DNA of 64,000 bases from contig NC_058368.1 of NCBI RefSeq assembly GCF_018350175.1, positions 205,160,001 to 205,224,000 of the forward strand, given 5' to 3'. The notes under the pieces are model-generated. The model searched no databases, was not told where the DNA came from, and was given only the letters and a program-made list of their open reading frames with translations. Shown here in pieces: positions 12,122 to 25,667 of this stretch; the stretch's first letter is position 1, and the number at the start of each line of letters is the position of its first letter. This DNA comes from Felis catus. Lineage: Eukaryota. Made by a program: the position numbers and the translations under genes.

Positions 12122-12619
12122 ATGGTCATCCTTCTCTTTTCAGATAGATCAGAAGCTTTCAGATTAAATTCATTTTGTATTTTGGGCCAAGTCAGATTCC
12201 TAGGCAGGGTGAACTTGTATATTTTCTGAATGAGGAAAAAAAAAGCCAGTGCAATGATCCATTATTCTTCTGAGCAACAAGATGGAGCTGTTGTTCATGT
12301 AGGTAAGAAAAGATTAATCTTCTAATAATTAAAATCTTAAAATAAAAAAAATACTGTTTATTTTATGATTGCCCATTTAATTTTGTTTGAGTTTTTTTAA
12401 TAATCCAAGTGCAGAGCAATACATTTAGCCACAAAATTTTAGCCAATACTTTTTCTAAAAACTGGACTCTAAATCATACATGTATCATCATTCAAATGTA
12501 AATAAATTACACTCCTTTCACAAAAACAGACCATGGTAATTTCCATAAATTCTAATGAACTCTATCCTCTATCTGGTCAACTATTCTTGCAAGTCCTCTT
12601 ACCTATTGGGAGTAGTACA

Positions 12620-12860
12620 GCTTTTGGAGCACAGGTTTAGGACTAATGTAGCTGGAGCTCTCCTGAGTTCTATGCATTCTCATTTTAACTTCATATAATA
12701 CACTTAAACACTGCTTCAGATACCTCATGTAGAAAGAGTTCCTATTACATAAACGGAGCTATTGTGATTAATGAGGTGATGTATTTATTTTAAGTAGTTG
12801 GTCTAGCTTCTGGCTCATAGTATATAAGCCTCATTGTTCAGCATTATAATGATTATTGAA
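12620..12860 (+). mobile_element. MIR
   Basis: gcttcagatacctcatgtagaa...attgtgattaatgagg...tggctcatagta. Confidence 0.5.
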
Positions 12861-15153
12861 GTAGACTCATTCTTCAATTGGAAGAAAGAGTGAAACACAA
12901 CACTTAACTGCCTAAGGGTCCTCACTTTGCAGACCAAGAGTTCCCAATGACAAAGGGGGCTTCCTTCTTTTCTTCTCTCCTTATATTATTAATCCCCATG
13001 GAAGCACTGGGGATGGGTAGCCATCATCAGATAGGTAAATCTTGGTAGGCTTTTTGGAGCATTCTGAATGTTCATTCTAGAAAGACAACATGCCTCCAAA
13101 ACATAAGTGAGATTTACATGGTATTGCTTTTCACTTTTCTGTTCCCCAAGTTTTTCTTCCTCCAAGGGCCACAGGCATCCTTGACTTAGCCTGTGCTCTT
13201 CTTTTTTCCATAATATGCTATGTTCAATCATAGCCAACACTAGGCTTTTATCTAAACCATGAGGCATGGCCAAAGAGGTGACAGAAGTAAAAGTGATTCA
13301 CTAATGGGAAGCTAAGAGGAAAGCAAGGTCAACATGTGATCCCTTCCAGTTTTGTGGAAAAATACAGAAATAAAGTGTGATCATACTCTGCTTCTCTATT
13401 AAAGTATTGGTACTTAATTAAAACTTGAATTAAAGATCAGATTTGTTTCTGTTCCCCACTTTCCTCTTCACACCTTATTAATGGTGAATTTTGACCACTG
13501 TCAGCTCCTAGAACTGTAAGACATATGATATACACTATATAGAGAAATATAGTCATCTCCCTCCAACTTCCTGAAATAGATGTGAACAAAATGAAGAAAA
13601 AAAAATGATAGATGTATCAAAGTCCTGATAGGAAATGGATGGTAATTGAGAATAATTTTAAAAGGTCTATTTACTTAGGAATCAGGAGAATGAATGGAAA
13701 CCAGCAAAAGATAGTGTGTTCATCTGGGGAAAGAATGGAAGAGGAGATCATTGGGTTTTCTGGTTTTCATTTTTTAACTAATTGAATATCTGTAAGAGAT
13801 CATACATGTTAACAGGCTCATTCCTCCATGAAACAATATAGCTAAAATAGCAATCTATCTTAAATCTCCTTTGTGTTCCTACTCAGCTCTAACACTTAAT
13901 GACATTATCTAATTGTCCCACTACCTAGCAAGCTAATCCAAAATATTTATCTGGCATTAATCATAAGTTTGCTCCTTTCACCATCTGAGGTACAGAAAAG
14001 AATAAAATTTTTAAAAAATCTTGGAAATAAATCTTCATACTTTATAAGTTTGACAAATAATAAGGAGAAGTAAGAAGTAGGGAAAGGAACTAATTTGTAT
14101 TAAGTATTTTGATTAGGCAACTATGCTATATGTTTGTAAAATTTCCTTTCTATTGTTTGTTACAATTATGGTTTTTCACTCTAGAACTATTAGATGATCC
14201 TCTGAATTCTGAGCAGTGTCATGGTGAGCTATTGCATTGCTGTAGTATAACAGCATATATTCTTACTAAGGTTACATTGCCATTATAAAACGGACAATGA
14301 AATCATTTGGAATCATTTCCTCCACAAGGGCCATGAACTTCCCTTCTTTAAGATAAGGGTTAGCACTGGGCATTCCCTTCCTGTACCTTAGAACCCAACT
14401 CTGTTTTTTTAGTAAGTTTGGAAAGAAATTTATCATTAGTTGATAAGGGAGAAATTCAGTCTCTTTCTATTTATCATTAAAACCCTATTGGGAGCTTCAT
14501 CTCTCTTGTCTAGAAGATTATGCTCCCATCTTGTACATCTGTCATATTTCTCTGTACACACAGCTTTCATATTCTTCTACTAATGCATTTACATTACAGG
14601 AAACTGGCAACATTAAGTATTTACAGGGTGACAAGGTCAGAAAGAGAAATTGCCACAATGCCTGGAGTTCAGTCAAAAGCCCAAGGGGTAGTACAGTAGG
14701 TGGTGTTTTCTACTCTTTCTGTCTGAAGTTCAGAAGTGGCTACTAGATTTTTTCAAAGTACTATTAAGTTCTTTGGAAAAGGATCTTACTTCTGCTATAA
14801 GTTACAGGAAGAAATAAATCCTGTTGACTCCTACAACAAAAAGCTGTGACTTGCGTGTGCTACAATGTATCTCTATCTTCAAAGAGAGCTGTAAGAGTAA
14901 AATGACTTGCCTGTATTTAGTAAAACCTACCTCAATGGTTAGGCATTTATGTTCTGAGAGTTTTCAAAGGAAATGCATTCATTTCAGAGCAGTTGCTTGA
15001 AATGACTAATTATCTGTTGCTTTTCCTAATTTCATTCTTATTTGATTTATCTTAGAGTTTGGGAGAAATGAACTATTCTCCATCAATTAATTTTCCAGAA
15101 TTTTAGTCACATTGGGAAAAAATTAAAACTTTATTAAAAAACGGTCCATGTAT

Positions 15154-15370
15154 GGAGTGCCTGGCTGGCTCAGTCAGTTAAGTGTCTGTTTTTGATTTCA
15201 GCTCAGGTCATGATCTCACAGTTCATGGGATTGAGCCCAACATTGATTGGGGTTCTCTCTGTCTCTCTCTCTGTCTCTCTCTCTGTCTCTCTCCCTCTGC
15301 CCCGCCCCCCTCACTCACATCCTCTCTCTCTCTCTCTCTCTCTCAAAATAAATAAACTTAAAAAAAGGAA
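15154..15370 (+). mobile_element. Older Can-SINE with internal deletion
   Basis: TSD attaaaaaa(c/t)ggtccatgt at 15133-15151 and 15371-15389. Confidence 0.92.
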
Positions 15371-16354
15371 ATTAAAAAATGGTCCATGTGGATAAAATTT
15401 ATCATTTTAACCTCATACCTGTTGGCTCTGCTGTCCTGTGGGACAGTAATATCTTGTCCCCCTGTATTCTTGGCAGTCAGTGCTATACATGACACATCCA
15501 TCTATTCAGCCAGTCACAGCTTAGTGCCTGCTTTGCACTAAGGTAGCATGACTAAACATCGTCTCTCCTTCACTGAGTTTATTTATTTAGAAGGCATTCA
15601 ACAAATATACATTAAATTAATGAATATGAATAACACAAATTCCTCTGGCTTATTGCCTCTACTTACAGATATATGAAGAACTGCTACTTAACCAGCAATC
15701 CTTCCCAGTTATTTTGGAGTATCCCCAGGGAGTTTTCAATGTACTTGGAAATAGGTCTGCTTATGATCTTCTCTTTCATAATTGTTACTGTATGTCAGAC
15801 CTGTTCTAACCACTGTTCTAATATGTATTAATTCACCTATGTTGTCCTCATGACAACTATAGGACAAGAGCTGCACAACAAAAGGTGGAAGAAAAAACTT
15901 TCCTCCATCTTGATTTCTACTTGGTTAGCTGATCCTAGAAACACCAATCTTTCATGAAGATTGCTCATGAAAACTGGTGATTGGGTTCTGCTTTTAAACC
16001 CCGCCCTCCCCAAGTGCTGATGAACAACCTAGCAAGCCAGGAGTTGGGAAGAGTTATCATGTCATTCTCCCCCATTGTCCACCTGTCTCTTCTTTCTCCC
16101 CACATACATTCGCTGTGATTGTTCTGTTTTTTCTATACATCAAATATCAAAAATTTTCATTTACATTAACTTGCATATAGATATATTGAGGGGTTCCACA
16201 AACCAAGAAGAGAAATCCCATTTGTGCTGAACTAGGACAACTGTTAAACCATATGGAGCATTAAGCACTATTTCAAAATGTTACATTCATACCCCTTCTC
16301 ACTAACTGCTTTAATCAACGTTGGGACAGGAAGGCGGGTAACTAAGCAACTAAG

Positions 16355-16792
16355 CAATTGGTTTTCTAGGGCTGATGTAACATTACCACAAACTATGTGG
16401 CTAAAGACAACAGAAATTTACTCTCTCACAGTTCAGGAGGCCAGAAGTTCAAAATCAAGGTGTCAGCAGGGTTGGTCTTTTTGGGAGAGGAGAATCTCAT
16501 ACATCTCTCCTAGCTGCTGGTGATTGCTGGGTTCTTAGCACTCCTTGGCTCATGAACAAATCACTCCAATCTCTGCCTCTCTCACATGATGTTCTCTGTC
16601 TGTGTTTGTATCCTTGTGTCCAAACTTCTCTCTTCTTATAAGGATACCAGTCATATGGATTTAGGGCCCACCCAAATTCTGTATGACCTCATCTTGATTA
16701 CATCTGCAAAGATCTTATTTCCAAATAAGCCCACATTCATAGATTTGGGGGGGGGCATGAATTTTGTGGAGACACTATTTAACCAAGTATAG
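16355..16792 (-). mobile_element. MaLR solo LTR (MLT1B/C-like)
   Basis: ttttctagggctgatgtaacattaccacaaact...acagaaatttactctctcacagttcaggaggccagaagt...gattacatctgcaaagatcttatttccaaataag. Confidence 0.88.
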
Positions 16793-17255
16793 CAATGATG
16801 TTTGTTAAATGGGAATAAAATGGTGACACTTTATAATGACTAGAGACAATTCTTTCCACGTCTAAAAGGACGTTTTCTTTTACTTCTGCACAGAGGCTCT
16901 GTTGAGATTGGAAGAACACTAAACTTCAGAAAAGTCAAGTGTTATTGTAGGCTAGGTGCCCTTCACCCATCTGTCTATCTATCTATCCATTGAGAAAGTC
17001 TTATCTAGTTACAGTACATGAGGTTTACTGATTTTGTACCTGACATTTCAGGATCTTGGTACTCAGAATGTAAAAGACACCAGTTCCTACTGCCTTCTTT
17101 CTGTCGTGTTCAATATTGTATCATGCAATCTTCCATCTGAGGTTTGGGTTTTTTTTTCTTTTTATTTATAACGTTTGAAATATCCTTTTTTTAAATTAAA
17201 ACTAGGAAAACTTAAAGTAGGGACATGGAAGTTATTAATTTTGTTATATGAAGTA

Positions 17256-18046
17256 CAGTAAAACCTTGGATGGTGAATAACTTGTTTTGCAAGTGTTCCA
17301 CAAGATGAGCAAACATTTCTAATAAATTTTAACTTGATAAATGAGTGATGTCTTGCAATATGAGTAGTACCTGACACCGGATGCCACATGATCACAACTG
17401 AGCCAATGGTTCTTTTCCCATCTCTCGCTGCAGGATTGTGGGTGATCATCTCCCATGCTCAAATGCTCGGTCTCAGACATTGGTGTTTGGTAGAAATCAG
17501 TGATTTTTCAGAATGTTTGAAAGTGCCCACAACTGGCACTAGTGTATTTTTTTGTCACTTCAAAGCACCAGTCCTATGGACAGTCTTTTCCATACAAGAG
17601 TAAGCTTAGGAATGCTTTGCTTCATTCTAGGTCAGGTTGCCTGAAGATAGAGACCCTTTCCTCTGCTGCCTTATTGCCAGTTACATTAAATACAGTGCAT
17701 GAAAAGAGTTTATTAATACTATACTATAGTCAACATTCTTTAGTGATAGTGAAAGTTGTCCTACACAATAACCCTCCTCTCTCTTGTCTCCCTTACCCTG
17801 GCCATGAAGGTTTTCAAAGGTAAGTGCAGGTTAATTGGTTTATTTTTCTTTTTATTTTGTATTTTCTTTACTATTTTGTATTATGTTACAGTACTGTAAT
17901 CATTTTTATATGAATATTTTTGGGTTGTGTAATGAATCATCAAAGTTTCCATTATTTCTTATAGGGAAATTCGCTTTGATATACAAATGCCTTGGATTAC
18001 AAGCATGTTTCTGGATGAATTATGCTCGCAAACCAAGGTTTTACTG
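17256..18046. mobile_element. Non-autonomous Tc1/mariner (Tigger-type) DNA transposon, 791 bp
   Basis: Terminal inverted repeats cagtaaaaccttgg / ccaaggttttactg with TA on both sides; ends match the element at 59918-60170. Confidence 0.9.
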
Positions 18047-18580
18047 TATATGCTTTTGTATATTACTTCAGAATAAGTACTTACATTAGATACTTTAATC
18101 ATACAAACAGAATTTAATTTTATACTTGAATCACATACAATGGGCACAGTAGATCCAGCACAGATATGGAAACTAGAATGATAATGTTACATTTCTATTT
18201 CCATTTCTACAGCAAACCCACGTAATTATACTGATTAAGTACATAATTTGTTTAATATATATTCTTTGTTTGCATCTTCTGACTCTATTATTCAGTGCCT
18301 TAGATGTATCTAAAATTTACCTTTTAGTGTCAAATTAGCATCTGTCATCAGCTACCCAAGAAGACTAGGTGTATGAAACAAGGAGTTATCCTAATGGTTG
18401 GATAAGGGAGTATTTGGCTTAATCAAATTTAATTAATATAAATGCCACATAACGTTTGGTTTTCAAGGAAATAGAATACAGTGAGATACAGGGAATAATA
18501 CAGCCCAAAGCGGGCAAGTAAGAGCTTCTTTCAGCTCTAAGTGTAACCATTGCTTAATGCTCCTTTAATCATTCAGAAAG

Positions 18581-19681
18581 ATGAGGATGTGGAGAAAGGA
18601 CAATGTTGTTGCACTATTGGTGGGAATGCAAACTGGTGCAGCCACTTTGGAAAACAGTATGGGGATTCCTCAAAAAATTAAAAATAAAACCACCCTATGA
18701 TCCATCAATTGCATTACTAGGTATTTACCTAAAGGATACAAAAATACTGATTTGAAGGGATACATGCATCCTGATGTTTATAACCACATTATCAACAATA
18801 GTCAAATTGTGGATAAAGGCCAAATGTCCATTGACTGATGAATGGATAAAGAAGATGTGGTATCAATGGAGTACTACGTGGCAATGAGAAAGAATGAAAT
18901 ATGGCCCTTTGTAGCAACGTGGATGGAACTGGAGAGTGTGATGCTAAGTGAAATAAGGCATACAGAGAAAGACAGATACCATATGCTTTCACTGTTATGT
19001 GGATCCTGAGAAACTTAACAGAAACCCATGGGGGAGGGGAAGGAAAAAAAAAAAGAAAAGAGGTTAGAGTGGGAGAGAGCCAAAGCATAAGAGACTCTTA
19101 AAAACTGAGAACAAAATGAGGGTTGATGGGGGTGGGAGGGAGGGGAGGGTGGGTGATGGGTATTGAGGAGGGCACCTTTTGGGATGAGCACTGGGTGTTG
19201 TATGGAAACCAATTTGACAATAAATTTCAAAAAAAAAGAAAAAGAAAAGAGAAAGAAAAAAAAGATGTGCTATATATAGGCAATGGAATATTATTCATCC
19301 ATAAAGAAAAATGAAATCTTGCCATTTGTAATGACATGGATAGAGCTAGAGAGAATTATGCTAAGTGAAATAACTCAGAGAAAGACAAATACCATATGAT
19401 TTCACTCATATGTGGAATTTAAGAAACAAAACAGATGAACATAGTGAAAAAAAGAGAAATGCAAACCAGAAAACAGACTCTTTACTATAGAGAATAAACT
19501 GAGGGTTGATAGAGGGAGGTGGGCAGAGGGATGGGTTAAACGGGTGATGGGTATTAAGGAGGACACTTGTGATGAACACTGGGTGTTGCTTGTAAGTGGT
19601 GAATCACTCTATTCTATACCTGAAACTAGTATTACACTGTATGTTAACTAATTGGAATTGAAATTAAAACTTGGGGGAAAA
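18581..19681 (+). mobile_element. Older carnivore L1 3' portion hosting a nested young L1
   Basis: End of ORF2 (gggaatgcaaactggtgcagccact) plus 3'UTR; TSD aatcattcaga(a/g)ag at 18567-18580 and 19682-19695. Confidence 0.92.
18864..19261 (+). mobile_element. Young felid L1 (L1_Fc-type) 3' fragment
   Basis: G-rich 3'UTR ending tatggaaaccaatttgacaataaatttc plus A-rich tail; TSD aagatgtg(g/c)tat at 18852-18863 and 19262-19273. Confidence 0.92.
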
Positions 19682-19759
19682 AATCATTCAGAGAGCTCGT
19701 TGGCTATTTCAGTGCTCTATAGTTAGCATTAAGAGTTTATTGCTATTCTGTAAAAATAT

Positions 19760-20015
19760 TAATAATTAACACTACATATAGTACTTAGTCACATGTTAGT
19801 CAATAAGCATTTCATGTATATTAACTTATTTAATCCTTTCAATAGTTCTATTAATACAGGTACAATAATTATTTCTATTTTAGAGAAGAGAAAGCTAGGC
19901 ACAGATGTACTATGTGACTTGCCTGAAGTCACAAATTGACAAGTGGCAAAGTCAGAATTTGAACCCACATAGGCTGGTTCTGGAGTTCATGCTCCTACCC
20001 TCGTTCTACATTGCC
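19760..20015 (-). mobile_element. MIR
   Basis: tatttaatcctttcaa...attttagagaagagaaagctaggcacaga...gtgacttgcctgaagtcaca...atttgaaccca. Confidence 0.8.
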
Positions 20016-20734
20016 ATGTTAAGGGGTAGGATGCGGTCTCTGCATATTTAAAATCACACTCTACAGAGTATGAACTTTGTGCTCCATTGATCGTTGAAGA
20101 CTAGTTGGCAGTCTCTATCATATTGACAAAGACAGTATGAATATTATCTATGGAGTATTAAAATAACACAGCTGGAAAGCATATTTTATTGTGTTAGTCA
20201 ACCAGTCTTCATGAATCAGCTTTTAGGTTCTATGCACTGTCTTATGTATTATTGATACAATGGTAAGTGAACCACAGCCCTTGAAGGTAGAGGGACACAG
20301 GCACGTAAATATCTATATCACATACTATCTGTTAGGGTTCAAAAGCACAGCACTGTCAGAGGAAAACATCTTGCCATGATGCCTCTGAATCGGCCACAAC
20401 TCAGTATAAAGAACCGAACTTAGATACCAAGCAATGTATGTTAATGAGGTTCCTGGACTTCATTCTGAAGTCCCAGTAGAGGGACATTCTGAATGTTTTG
20501 AAAAACCTGCCAGATCATCTGGGATCTGCAGACAGTGCAGGGCATGGCTCTCAGTCTGAGAAATGCTTGCTTGCATTTACATACCTTGCCTCAGCTTATC
20601 TGATGCAGACAACCCAGTGCTTTGCTGATCAATGACAGGAGTTTAGCATTAAAGCCGTGCCCTTAAAATTTGGGGCAAGAATTAATGCAGGCTCACCAGT
20701 TAGGGAGTTTTCTAAAAGCCTCAATGATTTGATT

Positions 20735-20983
20735 ATTATTAATCAGGGTTTATTAAGAGTGGGTCAGTGCACTAAGCACTTTGCATGCACCATCTCATTT
20801 AATCTTCACAGCTTCCCTATGAGGTAAGTAGTCATAATTATCTCTATTTTACAAATGAGAAACTGAGGTGTAAAGTTTGCGCAAGGAGTGACTAATAGAA
20901 AGTGGCAAAGTCAGGACTCAGTTCCAGCTCTGTCAAAGTATAAGGCTAATGCAGGCCCTTAACTGCGATGCTATCCTGCCTCT
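20735..20983 (-). mobile_element. MIR
   Basis: ctcatttaatcttcaca...attttacaaatgagaaactgagg core. Confidence 0.82.
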
Positions 20984-21904
20984 GGTTCATTCAAAAAGCA
21001 CCACTGAAGAGCCTTGCCACCATGTGCACCTATAGAATGGAAACTTCAGAGTGCATTGTAGAGACAGGAGGTACCTCGGCTCTGTATTATAAACAGTAAA
21101 GCCCTCCATATCCAATAGCTATTCTCCCTTCCACTTGTGACATTCGAACTTTTGAACAGTGTTTAACAGTACAGATGAGTATGCTTACATTAAGCATCAG
21201 TCTAACAAATGTCTTGTATTAAATAAAGGTAAGATCTCGGTATGGAATATATCTGGACCCTCTATCCTGTCAGGAAGCCAGCAGACTTTAATGACATTGT
21301 TGCTAGCTATTGTTTCATTTGAAGATCATCACTGTCAACTCAGAAGTGAAAGCTGGAGAGGGGAGAATATAAAGGACAGGGCAGGTAGATGTTTACGTAG
21401 AAGTAGAACTTCTGCATTAGGTCAGAAGAATTTGAAGTTGTTAGTGAAGTCATAACATTTAAGCTTATCATCTAAAAGTTGTTCCATTTTCTGAGAAATA
21501 CAATTTAATAAGGCAAAATGTATAGATTATTAAGTTTTCAGTAAATGCATAATAAATAATTTGAAGTAAAACAGTGTTTTATGTAGAGATTATGTTTATA
21601 AGGACATTAAATTTAGAGAAAGCTATTGTTAAAAGTATTAAGATGATAAAGATACCTCTGTGAGACACACGGAGACTCTACTTAAATATGTATTCAGTCA
21701 ATCAGTCAGTCAGTCAGTCATTCTTTCCAAACATTGAGTATTAGACATTTTATTAATAGAGTAGCAATAAAAATAGTAAAAATATTATTTTTAAAATATT
21801 TTTAGATGGCTTGTGGATTTTAAGATCGACTTTAAAATGTTCCTTTTATTTAAAATCACAAGGAACTGAAGGGCCGTATTGAAAGTCAGTTACCATAATA
21901 AAGG

Positions 21905-22020
21905 TTAGTATCCAAACTTGAGACAATCAGTTAACTTCTCCAAGCCTCAATTTCCTCATCTGTAAAATGAAATGTTGGATTAGAAAACTCCTAAAGTCTT
22001 TTCAGCTATAAAATCTTATG
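21905..22020 (+). mobile_element. MIR3/MIRc fragment
   Basis: aagcctcaatttcctcatctgtaaaatga...ttcagctataaaat. Confidence 0.72.
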
Positions 22021-22416
22021 CTTCATTCACAGACTTCCCATTTATTTGCTTAAGTATAAAATTAGTCTCTCTAGAATTAATCTCAAGAAGCTAAGTAGTC
22101 AGAAACATTTTATAAGCAATGAATGAGACTTGAAAGAGAACTAAACTGTGAATATATTGAGAGGAGAGGAGAGAAGCAGGTGGAGATTCTAGTTTGGAGA
22201 AAGAATGTAGGCTAGAGGATGTTGCCTCGAGATTGGAAACTGAGCTGTGGACAATGGAAAGTTACTAGAGATTTGCGAGCAGATGACTAAGAGTGGCACT
22301 ATCTGGGCTTTATACAAAGGAATAAAGACTGTTGAAGAGTTGACCAATTTGAAGTGTTTGGGGAACTGTTTAGTTAGTTACCATTTAATGTTTCGAATAC
22401 CAGAGCTATCACAGAA

Positions 22417-22484
22417 AAGAAGGAAGGAAGGAAGGAAGGAAGGAAGGAAGGAAGGAAGGAAGGAAGGAAGGAAGGAAGGAAGGA
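22417..22484. repeat. (GGAA)n microsatellite
   Basis: Seen directly. Confidence 0.97.
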
Positions 22485-22634
22485 GAAAAATATTTCTCCT
22501 TCAAATATTCAAATATTCATCCAGATAGATGAAATAATCATTCTATGTATCTACCTAAGCTATCCACACTGTTTATTCCCGTGTATAATCATGCCGGGAG
22601 CACAGTAACACTGTAGATAGGAATACATAATTTC

Positions 22635-22865
22635 ATGGTTAGATACCTGAGTTACAGATCCAACACCCTCTGGCAGATGTATATAAAATATATCTAAAGT
22701 CTCTTAATAATATCCTCTCTGTAAAGTGAGGATAATAGTATATCCATTTTAGGATTGTCATGAGGTTTAAATAAAATAATACTGTAAAGTACACAGCTAG
22801 TTCTTGACATGTGCCCAACAAATGCTATCAGCAACAATAATAATAGCTATTATTATTATTACTAT
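22635..22865 (+). mobile_element. MIR
   Basis: tcctctctgtaaagtgaggataatagta...aggattgtcatgaggtttaaataa. Confidence 0.68.
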
Positions 22866-23818
22866 TAATATGATCACTGCTTGAGTAAATATTAAACAAA
22901 TATGACAAATAACAAGGGTATCCAAGAGCCAAGTATGAGTAAGCTGGTACTTGGAGTTGAACCCCGTTTTTCTTAAAATGAGTAGTTGGAGTTGAGGGAG
23001 GTTTCCTTGAAATAAGTGACATTTGGTGGGTGATAAATTTGGATTTAAATAGGTGATTTTAGAGACAGGTCAAGCCAAAGCTCAAGGGTTATATTGGTCA
23101 ATGCATCATCTGAAAGCAATGACTCCTTAATTCCTTTTATTTTCAGATTTTTGAGCTACTTAACTTCTCAGCATGTTGAGAAGCACTGGTGTAATAAGAG
23201 AATTGTATTAAGTTGGGAGTATTGTGAAATTTGCTTATCTGGGTTTGAATTTTCGAAAACTTTAGTTCTATAGTCCTTTGAGTTTTAGAGGGCTGTGATC
23301 TTCTGCTCTAAATACTTGATGTATCTTTCTAGAACTAAAATTGGTTTGGAGAATTCACTCATGTTATACAGAGCAAACCAAGGTCCTGATACTTAATTTA
23401 AACATGAGTAAGCGTAAAAGAAACAGCATGACCCTATGTAAAACTACAGCTAAATAAATAACCAAAAAAAGAAACAAAGAATGAAAAAGACACATGGGAA
23501 AGCCATTAATATAATTCAAAGACCCTTTTATGTATAGCCACATAGCTGCTCATATATAAAAAAGATAAACATTACAAACACAAAGAACTCTGAGAATATA
23601 ATAAGCATGAGCTGTTCATTAAAAAAAAAATCTGCTTAATGACCTCCCTGTCACCAGTGGAGACATCAAAATAGAAGAACTAGTGGCAAGCACTGATTCC
23701 AATGAAATATGGAACTGATCTAAACAGAGGTAGGAAAATGTACACAGAAAATAAATTCTGTAAGCCCAGACGATGCAAAAATAATACAGTGATAAATGCA
23801 CACTAAAAGGTTTATCTC

Positions 23819-23975
23819 AAAGGGGTGAGGGGCATTAAGGAGGACATTTGTTGGGATGAGCACTGGGTGTTATATGTAAATGATGAATCACTAAATTCTA
23901 TTCCTGAAATTAAAAAAAAATTTTTTTAAATAAATAAATAAAATTTTTTAAAAGTCAAAAATAAATAAGTAGAAA
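23819..23975 (+). mobile_element. Very short carnivore L1 3'UTR insertion within an old L1MC-like remnant
   Basis: ggcattaaggaggacatttgttgggatgagcactgggtgtt plus A-rich tail; TSD taaaaggttt(a/g)tctc at 23804-23818 and 23976-23990. Confidence 0.88.
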
Positions 23976-24418
23976 TAAAAGGTTTGTCTCTTCTTTCTCA
24001 CTGGGAATTAATAGATACTGTCTAAAGTTGATAAATCAAGAAACAGAAGTTTAACATACTTTGTATAAAATTAATAATATAACTGCCAGGGAATAAATTT
24101 CAGTACTGACATAATATATCAATCTATATTCGGATAACACAGAAAATACATTTTAAACAATCCCCCTTCCACCAAAATAAAAATAATAGTGAATACTTTT
24201 CCTGATTACAATGCATAAAAGTAGAGAATAGTATAGAAACCAAAAAATTTCCAATGCATTTTCCATTCTGCAAAAACAAAGTAAAACAAAACAAAACAAA
24301 AATTTTCCCAAAAGAAGGAAAAACATCCCCATGGTCTTTTTCTATGGAAGACCTGAAAGAAAACGTAAGCTGAATAAAGTAGACATCAAAAATGAGTGAC
24401 AAAATACTGAATGAGATT

Positions 24419-24646
24419 AAAAAAAATTTTTTTTAATGTTTATTTTTGAGAGAGAGAGAGAGAGAGTGAGAGAGACAGAGAGAGTGGGGGAGGGGCAGAG
24501 AGAGAGGGAGACAAGAGAATCCCAAGCAGGATCCAGGCTCTGAGCTGTCAGCACAAAGCCCAACACAGGGCTCGAACCAACGAACTGTGAGATCATGACC
24601 TGAGCCGAGGTTGGACACTTAACCAACTGAGCCACCCAAGTGCCCC
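24419..24646 (-). mobile_element. Can-SINE
   Basis: Antisense SINE; TSD gaatgagatt. Confidence 0.94.
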
Positions 24647-24689
24647 CAGAATGAGATTTTTTTCTTAAAAAGGAAACTGCATATTTCCT

Positions 24690-25590
24690 CATTATTAAAA
24701 TCTTACATTAGTGTACTATATTTGTTAGGACTGAGGAGCCAATATTGATACATTATTATTACTAACGTCTATAGTTTATACCAAGGTTGACTCTGTGTTG
24801 TACAGTTTTGACAAATGCAAAATGTCATGTATCCACCATATAGCGTCACACAGAATAGTTTCACTGTCCTAAAAATGCTCCATGTTCCACCATTCATCTC
24901 TCCCAAATATCCCTCAACCCCTGGCAACCACTGACCTTTTTAATATCTCTCTAGTTTTGCCTTTTCCAAAATGTCAAATAGTTAAAATCATGCAGTGTGT
25001 AGCCTTTTCAGACTGGCTTCTTCCATTCAGTAATATGCATTTAAGATTTCTCCATTTCTTTTCATGGCTTGATAGCTCCTTTGTTTTTAGCCCTGAGTAA
25101 TATTCCATTGTCAGGGTATTTATTCAGTTTCCGTATTCATTTACCTATTAAGGAACATCTGGTTGCTTTCAAGTTTTGGCAATTATGAATAAAGCTTCTA
25201 TAAATATTCTTGTACAAGTTTTTATGTGGACATAATTTGCCAATTCATTTGGGTAAATACCTAGTAGTGCAATTTCTGGGTCATATGGTAATAGTATATT
25301 TTGTAAGAAAATTCCAAACTGTCTTCCAAAGCCACTGTACCATTTTGCATCCTTGCCAGCAATGAATGAGAGTTCCTGTTGTTCACATCCTTGTGACCAT
25401 TTGGTGTCATCAGTGTTTTGAATTTTAGCTATTCTAATAGGTGTAGAGTAGTATCTTATTGTTTTAATCTGCATTTCCTAATAACATGTGATATTGAACA
25501 TCTTTTATATGATTATTTGCCATTTGTACATCTTTTGTGAGGTGGCTCTTCGGATATTTTATTCATTTTGTAACTCAGTTATTTCTTCTC
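24690..25590 (-). mobile_element. Old L1 3' region (L1MC/L1MD-like)
   Basis: ORF 25169-25474 gives the ORF2 C-terminus (LPYDPEIALLGIYP...KTCTRIFIEALFIIAKT); 3'UTR cagaatagtttcactgtcctaaaa. Confidence 0.88.
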
Positions 25591-25667
25591 TTTGTTTCCA
25601 GGAAAATTCATCATCTTCCACATTGATCTTATTTTGTTACTTTCAAAGGTGTCCCCTCTCTATGTAA

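Noticed and set aside
12144..12302. Plus-strand exon-like segment (ttttcag...GTAG/gtaaga)
   Set aside because: Stops in all three frames and no supporting neighbours; cannot be separated from chance.
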